IMG/VR virus record: IMGVR_UViG_3300015245_000041
Coordinates: 1 to 59,035 of that record
Direction: 5' to 3' (one strand)
Source of the DNA: a virus
Taxonomy: Duplodnaviria > Caudoviricetes
DNA length: 59,035 nt
Part shown: piece by piece, positions 17,881 through 26,125 of the stretch
How positions within the stretch are numbered: position 1 is the stretch's first letter
How the letters are laid out: each line of letters opens with the position of its first letter
The notes under the pieces: generated by a model
Told to the model about the DNA's origin: nothing
The model's input: the letters and a program-made list of their open reading frames with translations, nothing else
The model's database searches: none
Translations under genes and position numbers: made by a program

Positions 17881-18416
17881 TAGGTCCCCGTCTTTAAGAA
17901 GTAAATGATACTACTCAATATGTCATCACGAGTCTCAGGCTTAGTATAATCCCACACCGAGGTGGGTGTGTGGTAATGGTCGATGGCTGCTCGGACTCGG
18001 TAGTGGGCGTAGATTTGATCTATATCAGCTCTTACGGTCATATTAGTCTCATCTTGCCAGACATTTTTCTGTACTGTTTCAAGAGGAGGTAAGCAATAGA
18101 CGATATATGGCTGTCGACTGTAGAATATTCCTAGTTCCATAGCTAACCAGTCATAGCTATCAAATCCGGGAGAGGGAGTATTGGGTCTAAAAACTGCTCC
18201 ATAGATACATTCTGAAATTAATCTGTGCCGGTCATAAAGGACTCTCCCGTCATTACCTCGGTTATTATCATCTTCGACCCATTGTTTTAAGTCAACAGTA
18301 GTAGTCATATCTTCATTAACTACCTTAGGTTCTACTGTAAGACCTAGTTTCTGCTCAAAGACTCTGATAAGGCTGGTTTTGCCCGCACCATCCGGCCCTT
18401 CTACGATGATACTCAT
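17880..18416 (-). CDS. dNMP (thymidylate-like) kinase
   Basis: IIVEGPDGAGKT, DRH..SE.IYG, YCLPP. Confidence 0.85.
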   Translation of the reverse strand: MSIIVEGPDGAGKTSLIRVFEQKLGLTVEPKVVNEDMTTTVDLKQWVEDDNNRGNDGRVLYDRHRLISECIYGAVFRPNTPSPGFDSYDWLAMELGIFYSRQPYIVYCLPPLETVQKNVWQDETNMTVRADIDQIYAHYRVRAAIDHYHTPTSVWDYTKPETRDDILSSIIYFLKTGT

Positions 18417-18607
18417 ATTTTCTTCATCGCTTCCTTAACGGGATCAGGTTCAGTTGCAGTAATCTTCTGAATCTTACCTCCCCAGGTGTTTTGGATTCGG
18501 ATTTGGGCATGAGGACTAACACCCATATGTTCAAGAGTATCTATCAGTTCTTGCTTGGTATTGATCTGCTTCTTAATCACAACTTCCCGAGCGCCATACG
18601 TCATCAT
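18413..18607 (-). CDS. Hypothetical protein
   Basis: GAGGAGG RBS; ATGA overlap. Confidence 0.65.
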   Translation of the reverse strand: MMTYGAREVVIKKQINTKQELIDTLEHMGVSPHAQIRIQNTWGGKIQKITATEPDPVKEAMKKI

Positions 18608-18836
18608 CGTCCTCCTCTTCCTCGTCGTCGTCCGGGATTAGAGCTGGATTATCAAGAGAAGTTACTGACTCAACCTTGAGTTTCCTAATCTCCTCTAGTT
18701 CCTCCTTCATGATGTCTAGAATTACCTGTGTCACGAGAACATTCTTATGTAGATCCATGGTATTTAATAGGCGTTGACGGATAGCTAGCCTAGCCTTGTC
18801 AGATACTGCATCAGTTAACTTAGTAACATCACTCAT
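18573..18836 (-). CDS. Hypothetical protein, first gene of nucleotide/polymerase operon
   Basis: TGACCGAGGAGG RBS and upstream promoter. Confidence 0.75.
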   Translation of the reverse strand: MSDVTKLTDAVSDKARLAIRQRLLNTMDLHKNVLVTQVILDIMKEELEEIRKLKVESVTSLDNPALIPDDDEEEEDDDDVWRSGSCD

Positions 18837-18866
18837 ATTGTCCTCCTCGGTCAGGGTAATACATGG

Positions 18867-18896
18867 ATTTTATCATCAATTGCATCCAACGGTAAA
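18867..18896 (-). promoter_or_regulatory. Sigma70-type promoter
   Basis: TTTACC-N18-TAAAAT. Confidence 0.6.
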
Positions 18897-18913
18897 TTTC
18901 CTATTCCTAAACC

Positions 18914-20518
18914 CTATAAACCCCGCAATCTAAGTAGTCGTTCAGGACTAGTAATCATGGCTTTACCCACGTTACCATCCTCTAAGAGAGTTTCGTAGAG
19001 AAGCTCATCTGCAGTGCCTCGCGCTAGGAAAAACTCATGGAAGGTGGGTTTATCGCTCAGGGCGATGCGATCACTAAATTGCCGAAAATTGACCCAGGAA
19101 GGCGTGAGGCTATACCATTGCATGATAGACGCACATGATAGGTCGATTGCCTCACCTGCTGCAGCGGGTTGTCCAATGAAGACCGCCCCACCCGAAGTCT
19201 TGGGGAATTGTTTCCAGGCATACTCTCTAGCTTCGTGTCTCATACCCCCCTGAATAGTAAAGGTAGGTATCTTCATACTCTTAAGCATTTTCTGTAGCCT
19301 ATAGATATCACCCTTCCAGAGTGCTCCGATGACTACCTTTTCATCTAGTTCCATAAGATCTTCTAGACGGGATCTAATAGCTCTTAGTTTCTCCGATCCA
19401 ATAACCACCAAACGACCGTGCGGGTACTGGGGAGATGGAGTTGTTTTACTGAGCCCAGATGTGATCTGACGAAGCCTGAGTCCTTGTACGAGCTGAATGG
19501 AAGCCTCGGTGATCTCTCCAGTACGGATCTTAGCAACCATCTCCGCAGCCATCTGATCGTAGATAGTACCACTTTCATTGTCTTCTAGGTCTACATGAAT
19601 AACCTGGTTAGTTTGCTTGGGGAGATCATAGCATTCATCTCTGGTGATACTGAAGGAATCCAGATGTATCAACCTATGAAGTTCTTGTTCGTTAATATTA
19701 CGAAGCCACTTTTGATACCCTCCCATGTTCAACCAGCGACCGTACTGCTGCTTAAACTCAGTAAATGTAATACCCTCGAAGCGTTCGGGGTTGAGAAATT
19801 TCCACTGAGAATAGATATCAAACAAGCGTTTTTTCTTAGTGACTACTGTGCCCGTGAGAATGGTTCTATAGTCTGCGATCGGGCCCAGGGAATGCATCAT
19901 GGTTGATTTACGTGCACTGGGGCTCTTGATACGATGAGACTCATCTAGGGTGATAAGCTGGGGTTGCCAAGCAATGAGCTTCTTCTTGATTGTGAATCGA
20001 CCACCACGAGACCGAGATCGCTTGATAGCCTGGGTGAATGGATGTTTGTTAAACTGACGGACTTCTCCGGGTTTATAAGTATGTTTGACCTTAGCTGTGT
20101 GGAAATGCTGAATCTTACCGCACTTCTTGCATACTTCTAACTTCCAAGGTATGATAGCTCCGGCCGTAGATAGGGCATCATAGTTGACAATGAGAAAATC
20201 AACTAAGTCATCACCATATCTGGGGAGTTCATGATCAGTTTTCTTACGTGTTTTACGATCCCATATCGTAAGTCTGTAGGGGTAGGGGCAGTTTGCCTCG
20301 ATCTCATCTTTCCACACAGCCAAGCCTGAGACTGGGGTAAAGACTAAAACTCTATTCACTTTACCAGCAGCATGAAGAATACTGGCATAGTCAATATTAA
20401 CTTTAGTCTTCCCAGTCCTGGGCTCCATCAGCAAAGCGCCGCCAAAACCAGTCTCCAGTAATTTTTTCACTGCTAATACTTGGTGACGATATGGTCGTTT
20501 TTTCCATCGATACTTCAC
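18914..20518 (-). CDS. SNF2-like SF2 helicase
   Basis: PY.HQ, MEPRTGKT, DESH, LTGT, SGL/KL, AGEAIDL. Confidence 0.9.
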   Translation of the reverse strand: MKYRWKKRPYRHQVLAVKKLLETGFGGALLMEPRTGKTKVNIDYASILHAAGKVNRVLVFTPVSGLAVWKDEIEANCPYPYRLTIWDRKTRKKTDHELPRYGDDLVDFLIVNYDALSTAGAIIPWKLEVCKKCGKIQHFHTAKVKHTYKPGEVRQFNKHPFTQAIKRSRSRGGRFTIKKKLIAWQPQLITLDESHRIKSPSARKSTMMHSLGPIADYRTILTGTVVTKKKRLFDIYSQWKFLNPERFEGITFTEFKQQYGRWLNMGGYQKWLRNINEQELHRLIHLDSFSITRDECYDLPKQTNQVIHVDLEDNESGTIYDQMAAEMVAKIRTGEITEASIQLVQGLRLRQITSGLSKTTPSPQYPHGRLVVIGSEKLRAIRSRLEDLMELDEKVVIGALWKGDIYRLQKMLKSMKIPTFTIQGGMRHEAREYAWKQFPKTSGGAVFIGQPAAAGEAIDLSCASIMQWYSLTPSWVNFRQFSDRIALSDKPTFHEFFLARGTADELLYETLLEDGNVGKAMITSPERLLRLRGL

Positions 20519-20632
20519 CTGGTAACCGTCCTAGGATGCATTGAGTTGTATGTAGAAATTCAATATCCCCATAGTCATAACATCCACATTCTCTATAGCC
20601 CGGCATGACTCAACATGACCTCTCGTGTCTCG

Positions 20633-20863
20633 TTACGTGTAGCTTCGGGGGGGGTTAAGTAGTTCCTTGAGGTCTGGGAAAGCATCAACGGCGTGAGCGA
20701 GAAGATGAAGTCGACCTATCTGAGCTCTAGTTCGAGCGTCCTTGGATGATACTCCATGGTCTAGAGTGAGATGTATTCTCAGTATGATGATGTCAATATC
20801 CCTAGCGGGCTTCATCTCATGCATGTGGGATAGGTTATTGTAGTGATATTGACTAAGAGACAT
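20633..20863 (-). CDS. Hypothetical protein (start uncertain)
   Basis: Fills gap in leftward operon. Confidence 0.4.
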   Translation of the reverse strand: MSLSQYHYNNLSHMHEMKPARDIDIIILRIHLTLDHGVSSKDARTRAQIGRLHLLAHAVDAFPDLKELLNPPRSYT

Positions 20864-21179
20864 TGTGCACCATAATCGGGTAAGTTGAGAGATGCAGGAA
20901 TATATCATGACTGCTTTGAGGGCCCGCCTCAAGTAGATTTTTAGGAGCCTGAGGAGCTTTCCTGGCGCGTCGGCAAGCGCGATGCACCCTCCAACCAAAT
21001 AGATCACCCCTCGTGACCTCACGAGATTGCTGAAGATCGCTCATAGGGGGGCATTCGCAGAACTTGGTAGGCTTCTTAAACAATCCGACAGCTTTCATAC
21101 CAAGCTTACCTTCGAGGCGGGTGATGAGGGATCGAGCTTGGACATCATTATCAAACTCAATCAGAAGATACATCGACAT
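20853..21179 (-). CDS. Hypothetical protein with Cys/His motif
   Basis: AAGGGGG RBS; CEC...H..C. Confidence 0.7.
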   Translation of the reverse strand: MSMYLLIEFDNDVQARSLITRLEGKLGMKAVGLFKKPTKFCECPPMSDLQQSREVTRGDLFGWRVHRACRRARKAPQAPKNLLEAGPQSSHDIFLHLSTYPIMVHNVS

Positions 21180-21468
21180 GATAACCCCCTTTGGGTATCT
21201 CTATAGTGGGTAAATCTCGTTGATCCGATTGAGCTCGACTAAGAAGTTCTTTGTTGACTAGCTCTAGTCGATCCCTGAGTCTTGCGTATAACTTAAACAA
21301 CTTACTTTCTGGGTCCTTTGGATCCTGCTTAACTATACTCAGTCTTTGATCCAAGCTTTGCTTGGCTAGAGTCAACCACCAAGTAGACTTTAGTATGACC
21401 ACATGGTCAGGGGGCTTGAACAAATCTTCGATGGACATTGGAGGAATGTTGTTGTATTCGGTTGCCAT
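21157..21468 (-). CDS. Hypothetical protein
   Basis: TAATG coupling. Confidence 0.65.
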   Translation of the reverse strand: MATEYNNIPPMSIEDLFKPPDHVVILKSTWWLTLAKQSLDQRLSIVKQDPKDPESKLFKLYARLRDRLELVNKELLSRAQSDQRDLPTIEIPKGGYHVDVSSD

Positions 21469-21677
21469 TAGCAAGCCCCGCATTCTGGATGACCGCAATG
21501 GCAGGAGTCATGCCCTTCGTAGTCATCTTCGGTATCACCGGGACAACCCCCCTCATGGTTGAGTCCGCATATGTCGCAGTAGAAAGACTGGGCATCATCC
21601 ATCGGGTAATCCCAACTAGTTGGTTCTCCTGCCTCATTGTAGTCGATGGATGCACCCGCACCGGGAAACATGGTCAT
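21468..21677 (-). CDS. Small acidic Cys/His-rich protein
   Basis: AAGGAG RBS; ATGA overlap. Confidence 0.6.
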   Translation of the reverse strand: MTMFPGAGASIDYNEAGEPTSWDYPMDDAQSFYCDICGLNHEGGCPGDTEDDYEGHDSCHCGHPECGAC

Positions 21678-21829
21678 GACTTCAACTCCTTCTTGCGAAG
21701 TGGACGGTGGGCCCCACACCAAGGGCAATGACCGCACTCTCGAAGAAAAACATTGTGAGCGATGCGGTTAGCTCCCGGGATTATCTCATTGCCATCTAGT
21801 TCTGGGCATTTCTCCGTGTCGATGAGCAT
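21674..21829 (-). CDS. Small Cys-rich protein
   Basis: AAGGAG RBS just after promoter. Confidence 0.6.
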   Translation of the reverse strand: MLIDTEKCPELDGNEIIPGANRIAHNVFLRECGHCPWCGAHRPLRKKELKS

Positions 21830-21861
21830 GAAACTCTCCTTGGTGTGGAATTGATATACCA

Positions 21862-21890
21862 AGTATATCAGACCCTGTGAGAATTGTCAA
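21862..21890 (-). promoter_or_regulatory. Sigma70-type promoter
   Basis: TTGACA-N17-TATACT. Confidence 0.8.
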
Positions 21891-21899
21891 CCATGCAAA

Positions 21900-21960
21900 G
21901 ACCCCTGGCGGGTGTAGTCGTCGATGAAATCGGGTTCACCTGTGGGTCCCGCCAGGGGCC
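21900..21960 (-). ncRNA. Structured RNA element or terminator with 35-nt interior
   Basis: 13-bp stem GGCCCCTGGCGGG/CCCGCCAGGGGTC followed by TTT. Confidence 0.5.
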
Positions 21961-21974
21961 TGGTCTGCAAAGGG

Positions 21975-22577
21975 TTACTCGTCGTCGTCCAGCTCGAGCT
22001 CATCTTCGTCATCGTCATCTTCGACGACCGGAGCAGGCTTTGCCTTCTTCTTTTTGGTGGCCTTGACTCCCTGCTTGGCCTTCTCGGCTCGAATCTTCTC
22101 GTTGCGCTCCTTCAGCGCGTCGAGCTTCTCCTTCTTATCCTGGTCCAACTCCCCAGCGTTGAAAGCCTTGATGATGGCCTTGACCTCAGGATCCTTCGGT
22201 CCGCTCCAGTCATACCGAGCGCGGTTCCCGGCAACAATCTCCCGGTCGACTCGGCCCTTACCATCCCGGGCCATGCGACGAATCAGGTTGCGCAGTCCGC
22301 GGGCGTCAACCTTCTTGCCCGTGGTCTTGATCAGGTACTGCACCAGATCGCTGACTCCGAAGGTGACCTCCTGTTGAGCCCCGGTCTTCTTCTTGGTCTT
22401 CGACTTGGGAGCGACCTCTTCGACCTCGTCCTCTTCGAGCTCCTCGAGATCCTCGTCCTCGTCGTCCTCAACTTCGTCCTCTTCGACCTCGTCATCTACT
22501 TCGAGCTCTTCGACCTCAGCTTCGACCTTCTTGGCTGGAGCCTTCTTGGCTGGCCGGCGTTTCGTAGCAGTCGCCAC
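21975..22577 (-). CDS. Putative DNA-binding protein with basic/acidic tails
   Basis: LR.LIR...RARYDW core; GAAGGAG RBS; GC3-rich codons. Confidence 0.8.
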   Translation of the reverse strand: MATATKRRPAKKAPAKKVEAEVEELEVDDEVEEDEVEDDEDEDLEELEEDEVEEVAPKSKTKKKTGAQQEVTFGVSDLVQYLIKTTGKKVDARGLRNLIRRMARDGKGRVDREIVAGNRARYDWSGPKDPEVKAIIKAFNAGELDQDKKEKLDALKERNEKIRAEKAKQGVKATKKKKAKPAPVVEDDDDEDELELDDDE

Positions 22578-22659
22578 GATATCTCCTTCACTTCGAACCG
22601 GTCACTTAGTTCTTTTACTAAGATCCTCGGTCATGCCCCTTATTGGGCGGTGTACTACT

Positions 22660-22688
22660 AATCTATCAAATGCAGTGGGGGATGTCAA
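22660..22688 (-). promoter_or_regulatory. Sigma70-type promoter
   Basis: TTGACA-N17-TAGATT. Confidence 0.75.
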
Positions 22689-22715
22689 CTCCACGCGGAA
22701 TATTAGATTCCAGCG

Positions 22716-23564
22716 CTAGTGGCGATGACCCACCTTACGTCCCGCAAAAAGCAATCCACACCCCAGGACCAAAGCCAGCAAAGCTGATGCTAGAAAGCCT
22801 CCAACATTGCGAGGTCCAGTAGAAGCTAGAACAGGCTGGGCAGCAGGGGTTTCAGAGTTGGCTTGCACAACTACTGCATGATGTGTAGTCTTGGCATGAG
22901 TAGTTACGGGTGCACTATGAGTAGATGCGGAGGTACTGGGGTTAGATACTGGAGTACTGCTACTCGGAGTGGGGGTGGGAGTCTCAACGGGGCATTTCTT
23001 ACCCGTAATGTCTCCAGCACTGCCATCTTGACCGTCATTGTTATTAGAAGCATCTATCCATTTCTCAGAACAGGTTGTATATGTCCAAATATACTCATGG
23101 CCTTCACCATTACACCACTCGCCACCGGAGGCCTTAACCAATTCCTGAAGCCAGGTGCTAGTAGTAGTATCTGCCGAGGGTGAGACTAAAGCATCTAGAT
23201 TCAGATTTTTAGCAATGAAAGTCCAGTCATAAGTACCGTGAACTTCCCCAGTTGTTCCCGCGGTGAGAGAAACACCATCTCGAGGTGATAGGCTAGCAAG
23301 AGTAGTTAAAGTTCCGTCATCGGAGATGGTGGCAGTATAAGTATCTTCTGCTGTGCGGCAAACATGTGTCTTTCGAGTCAAGATCAATGTAGCCCAATCA
23401 CCATGATGACCACTATCAGGCCTAGTAGTCGGTGTGGAAGTATCACCGCACTGACCGACAGTCTGAGTAAGGGGGGGTGTAGCACTTGCAGAAGAGGCAA
23501 AAGTTACCCATCCCAATGCCAGCAAAGTTGCAGTCAATACCGCAGTAATGAACTTATTTCTCAT
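22716..23564 (-). CDS. Secreted, LAxTG sortase-anchored surface protein
   Basis: Signal peptide (ASA), P/T/S linker, LASTG + TM + basic tail. Confidence 0.8.
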   Translation of the reverse strand: MRNKFITAVLTATLLALGWVTFASSASATPPLTQTVGQCGDTSTPTTRPDSGHHGDWATLILTRKTHVCRTAEDTYTATISDDGTLTTLASLSPRDGVSLTAGTTGEVHGTYDWTFIAKNLNLDALVSPSADTTTSTWLQELVKASGGEWCNGEGHEYIWTYTTCSEKWIDASNNNDGQDGSAGDITGKKCPVETPTPTPSSSTPVSNPSTSASTHSAPVTTHAKTTHHAVVVQANSETPAAQPVLASTGPRNVGGFLASALLALVLGCGLLFAGRKVGHRH

Positions 23565-23749
23565 TTCTCCTCATTCATATCTATGGGGTTACCAAAACCA
23601 ATAGCCTTATCCATATACTTATATTCTTCTGGTACATCACCCCCTCTCAGGTATGCTCTAACTTCATTACGTTCTTTAGGACCAAAATCTCTACGGTATC
23701 GCCACCCTCTTACTACTCGCTTACGACGTTGAAGTTCTTCAGAAGTCAT
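23561..23749 (-). CDS. Hypothetical protein
   Basis: GAGGGA RBS; overlaps neighbours. Confidence 0.6.
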   Translation of the reverse strand: MTSEELQRRKRVVRGWRYRRDFGPKERNEVRAYLRGGDVPEEYKYMDKAIGFGNPIDMNEEK

Positions 23750-23927
23750 TGTTTTCCCTCCTCATTCTCTTGTAGTGCTCTATCCAACGGATTAAAGCCC
23801 TCGCCTCTTTAGGTTCCAAGGTTATCTTACCGAACTGAGAACCAAACTTTACTGCGAAGGGTTCATGTTTGTTGAGTAAAGCTGTTAACTCCTCGGTAGT
23901 TAGCTCAGTCAAGAATACCTTAGCCAT
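23739..23927 (-). CDS. Hypothetical protein
   Basis: GAGGGGAG RBS. Confidence 0.6.
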   Translation of the reverse strand: MAKVFLTELTTEELTALLNKHEPFAVKFGSQFGKITLEPKEARALIRWIEHYKRMRRENNDF

Positions 23928-24141
23928 CAGATCTCCCCTCAATCACGCAGTCAAAAACGGATGGGTAATATTCACTTCTATTGTACGGGCTCCCGGGAAC
24001 TTGAACTTCGATCCTTCCACCTGAGGGTGGTTCAGGATTTTTACTGATCTGAATAAATACATAGTCATTACCTCTGAAATCTATGATCTTCTCTCCAGAC
24101 TTGACTACAGTTCCATCAGCACGAATCAGAGCATAAATCAT
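23920..24141 (-). CDS. Hypothetical protein
   Basis: GAGG RBS; ATGA overlap; YYPSVF motif. Confidence 0.65.
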   Translation of the reverse strand: MIYALIRADGTVVKSGEKIIDFRGNDYVFIQISKNPEPPSGGRIEVQVPGSPYNRSEYYPSVFDCVIEGRSDG

Positions 24142-24314
24142 GTTAGATACCTCACTGTAGTTGAACTTACTCTGAGATAAAGGCCGGATTTAGTTTGATT
24201 TCCACACATGCAGCAAATTTCTTGAGTGGGGTTATCCATCTTAGTATCTACTGTGGGCTCTCCTCTTATGAGCTCTACCCAGCAGGGTCGACAGAAAGGC
24301 TGAGGCTTAATCAT
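24138..24314 (-). CDS. Small Cys-rich protein
   Basis: C..CW...CC.CG; overlap-coupled. Confidence 0.6.
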   Translation of the reverse strand: MIKPQPFCRPCWVELIRGEPTVDTKMDNPTQEICCMCGNQTKSGLYLRVSSTTVRYLT

Positions 24315-24531
24315 GGTGTTTACCATTCCCATTTTGGTTTCGTGCTGCTTGCCACTCGAGGAAGGCTCCACGAATCTCAGCGAGCTCTGAAACTGGAAAT
24401 TCATACCGTGCACCTTGACCTACTGCCTCATAGGGGCTACCTTCGGAGCGAAGCCACTTCCTAAACACTTTAGGATCAGTGCCTATACGATGTGCTACCT
24501 GTTTGGCTCCGTAGGTTTTTTCATGGGTCAT
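24307..24531 (-). CDS. Small HTH-like DNA-binding protein
   Basis: AKQVA..IGTDPK.FRKWLR...GQGARYEF; AAGGAGG RBS. Confidence 0.75.
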   Translation of the reverse strand: MTHEKTYGAKQVAHRIGTDPKVFRKWLRSEGSPYEAVGQGARYEFPVSELAEIRGAFLEWQAARNQNGNGKHHD

Positions 24532-24551
24532 GATATCGCCTCCTTACTACA

Positions 24552-24580
24552 ATGCTATAAGATTTTTGAGAGGTTGTCAA
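24552..24580 (-). promoter_or_regulatory. Sigma70-type promoter
   Basis: TTGACA-N17-TAGCAT. Confidence 0.75.
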
Positions 24581-24728
24581 TTTTATACTTCTGTATGACC
24601 GAGTTTATTTCATGAGGTTTACGAAAATGTTTTGGAGTGTAAGGAAGAGAAGGTTCAAAAAGAGACAACTGAGTTAATCCCGAGATAATCAAGATAATAA
24701 ATACTAGAAGTATACCAAGGGCAAGCAT

Positions 24729-24914
24729 TTATGCCTCACAGGGGGTGTTGAAGTGAGTTTCCAGAGGTTCGTTACATGCGAAGCACCCATAAGTGGCCTT
24801 ATCTTCGCATGCTAATTGCGTATCGGGGTCAACAATTACGATGGGCTGCCCCTGCGCGTCTCCCAGCACTTCCACGGGCGTAAAAGTTATCATGCACCAT
24901 TGATGCACCCTCAT
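24729..24914 (-). CDS. Small Cys/His protein
   Basis: H.W...GC..C; ATGA overlap. Confidence 0.6.
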   Translation of the reverse strand: MRVHQWCMITFTPVEVLGDAQGQPIVIVDPDTQLACEDKATYGCFACNEPLETHFNTPCEA

Positions 24915-25459
24915 CGTAATCCCGCCATTAACATCTCACTAGCCCCGCAGATGGGACACCGTCGTGAGGTGGGATCAAATGGAGCTTTGCTGAATGTATG
25001 ATGTTTGCTAAACCACCCAATAACTACTGGCCGCCTACAATACGGGCACCAATGATGAATAGTCTCATCAGCTGGTAAATGAGGAGTCCAGAATACTATC
25101 TTTGTTCTCTGAGTTAATTTGCCATTTGACCCCCTGATCATAATGGGCTTACCGCTCTTAGTTACCCTCACCAGTTTGTGTGGGGGTTTAAAGGCTGTAC
25201 CTCGAGACTGGATGGTAGCATCGTAAACATCGGGAAGGTATTTCTTCAACAACTTGAAGGCATCAACATATGTCCACATATCTCGACATGCCCAGCCCAG
25301 GTCTATGCGTTTTTGGACATATACCCGCCATGGCGGAGAAGTTCGAGGGATAACTGCAAGTTCCGGTTTACTAAGGAAGAACTTCTTATAAGTTGAATCT
25401 TCTAGAAGTTCTTTCAGGGTTATCATGCGTATTTCTGAGTAAGAAGCTGTACCAGCCAC
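24911..25459 (-). CDS. Hypothetical protein with C-terminal Zn finger
   Basis: WCPYCRRP...H...RCPICG. Confidence 0.75.
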   Translation of the reverse strand: MAGTASYSEIRMITLKELLEDSTYKKFFLSKPELAVIPRTSPPWRVYVQKRIDLGWACRDMWTYVDAFKLLKKYLPDVYDATIQSRGTAFKPPHKLVRVTKSGKPIMIRGSNGKLTQRTKIVFWTPHLPADETIHHWCPYCRRPVVIGWFSKHHTFSKAPFDPTSRRCPICGASEMLMAGLR

Positions 25460-25614
25460 TCGCTGGGCTGTGTACCATGCCAGTCAAGTTCCTTCTTGAC
25501 CTTTTCCTCCGGCGTCAAGGTATTCCACACAAACTGTCGTGCCTTGGCTTCTTTTCGCTTGGTTTCTTTAGTGTTTCGGGCGCTGAACGGGCCCGGACCA
25601 CTGTACCTGCTCAT
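25423..25614 (-). CDS. Hypothetical protein
   Basis: ACCGAGGAG RBS. Confidence 0.6.
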   Translation of the reverse strand: MSRYSGPGPFSARNTKETKRKEAKARQFVWNTLTPEEKVKKELDWHGTQPSEWLVQLLTQKYA

Positions 25615-25966
25615 ACCATCTCCTCGGTAGGATGGATAGTAAGGACCCCAGGGCCCATCAGCAGTATCGGGGGGACCTGCGTCAAGACCCTGGGGTCGTC
25701 ATGAAACCCTCTAACCTTCGAGTGTAAACCTCTCGCGGAAGAGATTTTACCGGTGCCCCAAGGTTGAGGGGATTAAATTGTATACCCTGAGTAGTCATTC
25801 GGGATCCGGGACCAGAACCCCCATCTATCATCAGCAAAGAAGTCACTACCCAATCTTCTTAGCTTGTGTGGGATAGGCGCGGGGTCTTAGTTCTTTATAA
25901 ACCGCCCTAGCCCTGCAATTGAGGAAGTGGGTTATCGGCAAGCCGCGTGACCCCCCTATATCCTCG

Positions 25967-26046
25967 TGTGCAGTCGGGGATTCGATCCCCTTCGGCGCTA
26001 ACCGAAATCCCTGGTTGAGTTGATCAGTCTCTACCCTGAACTGCAC
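25967..26046 (-). ncRNA. tRNA-like element 1 (8/4 acceptor/T stems, long variable arm)
   Basis: GTGCAGTT/GACTGCAC-A; GGGG-ATCGAAT-CCCC; TTCGG/CCGAA arm; anticodon loop non-canonical. Confidence 0.6.
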
Positions 26047-26049
26047 CCG

Positions 26050-26125
26050 TGCGCTGGCCCGACTCGAACGGGACTGTCATGCCTACTCCCTATGGACAGG
26101 ACCAAGAAGCGTGACTAAGCAGCGC
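26050..26125 (-). ncRNA. tRNA-like element 2
   Basis: GCGCTG/CAGCGC-A; CCCG-TTCGAGT-CGGG T-arm; no clear D arm. Confidence 0.6.

Noticed and set aside
23889-23897. ACCGAGGAG copy inside a small gene
   Set aside because: Encodes T-E-E with no credible start downstream; probably chance
25846-26046. 66-aa ORF in the structured region
   Set aside because: No RBS, overlaps the tRNA-like elements, no coding-like composition
25967-26125. Canonical tRNA genes
   Set aside because: D and anticodon arms do not fit the cloverleaf consensus; reported as tRNA-like instead
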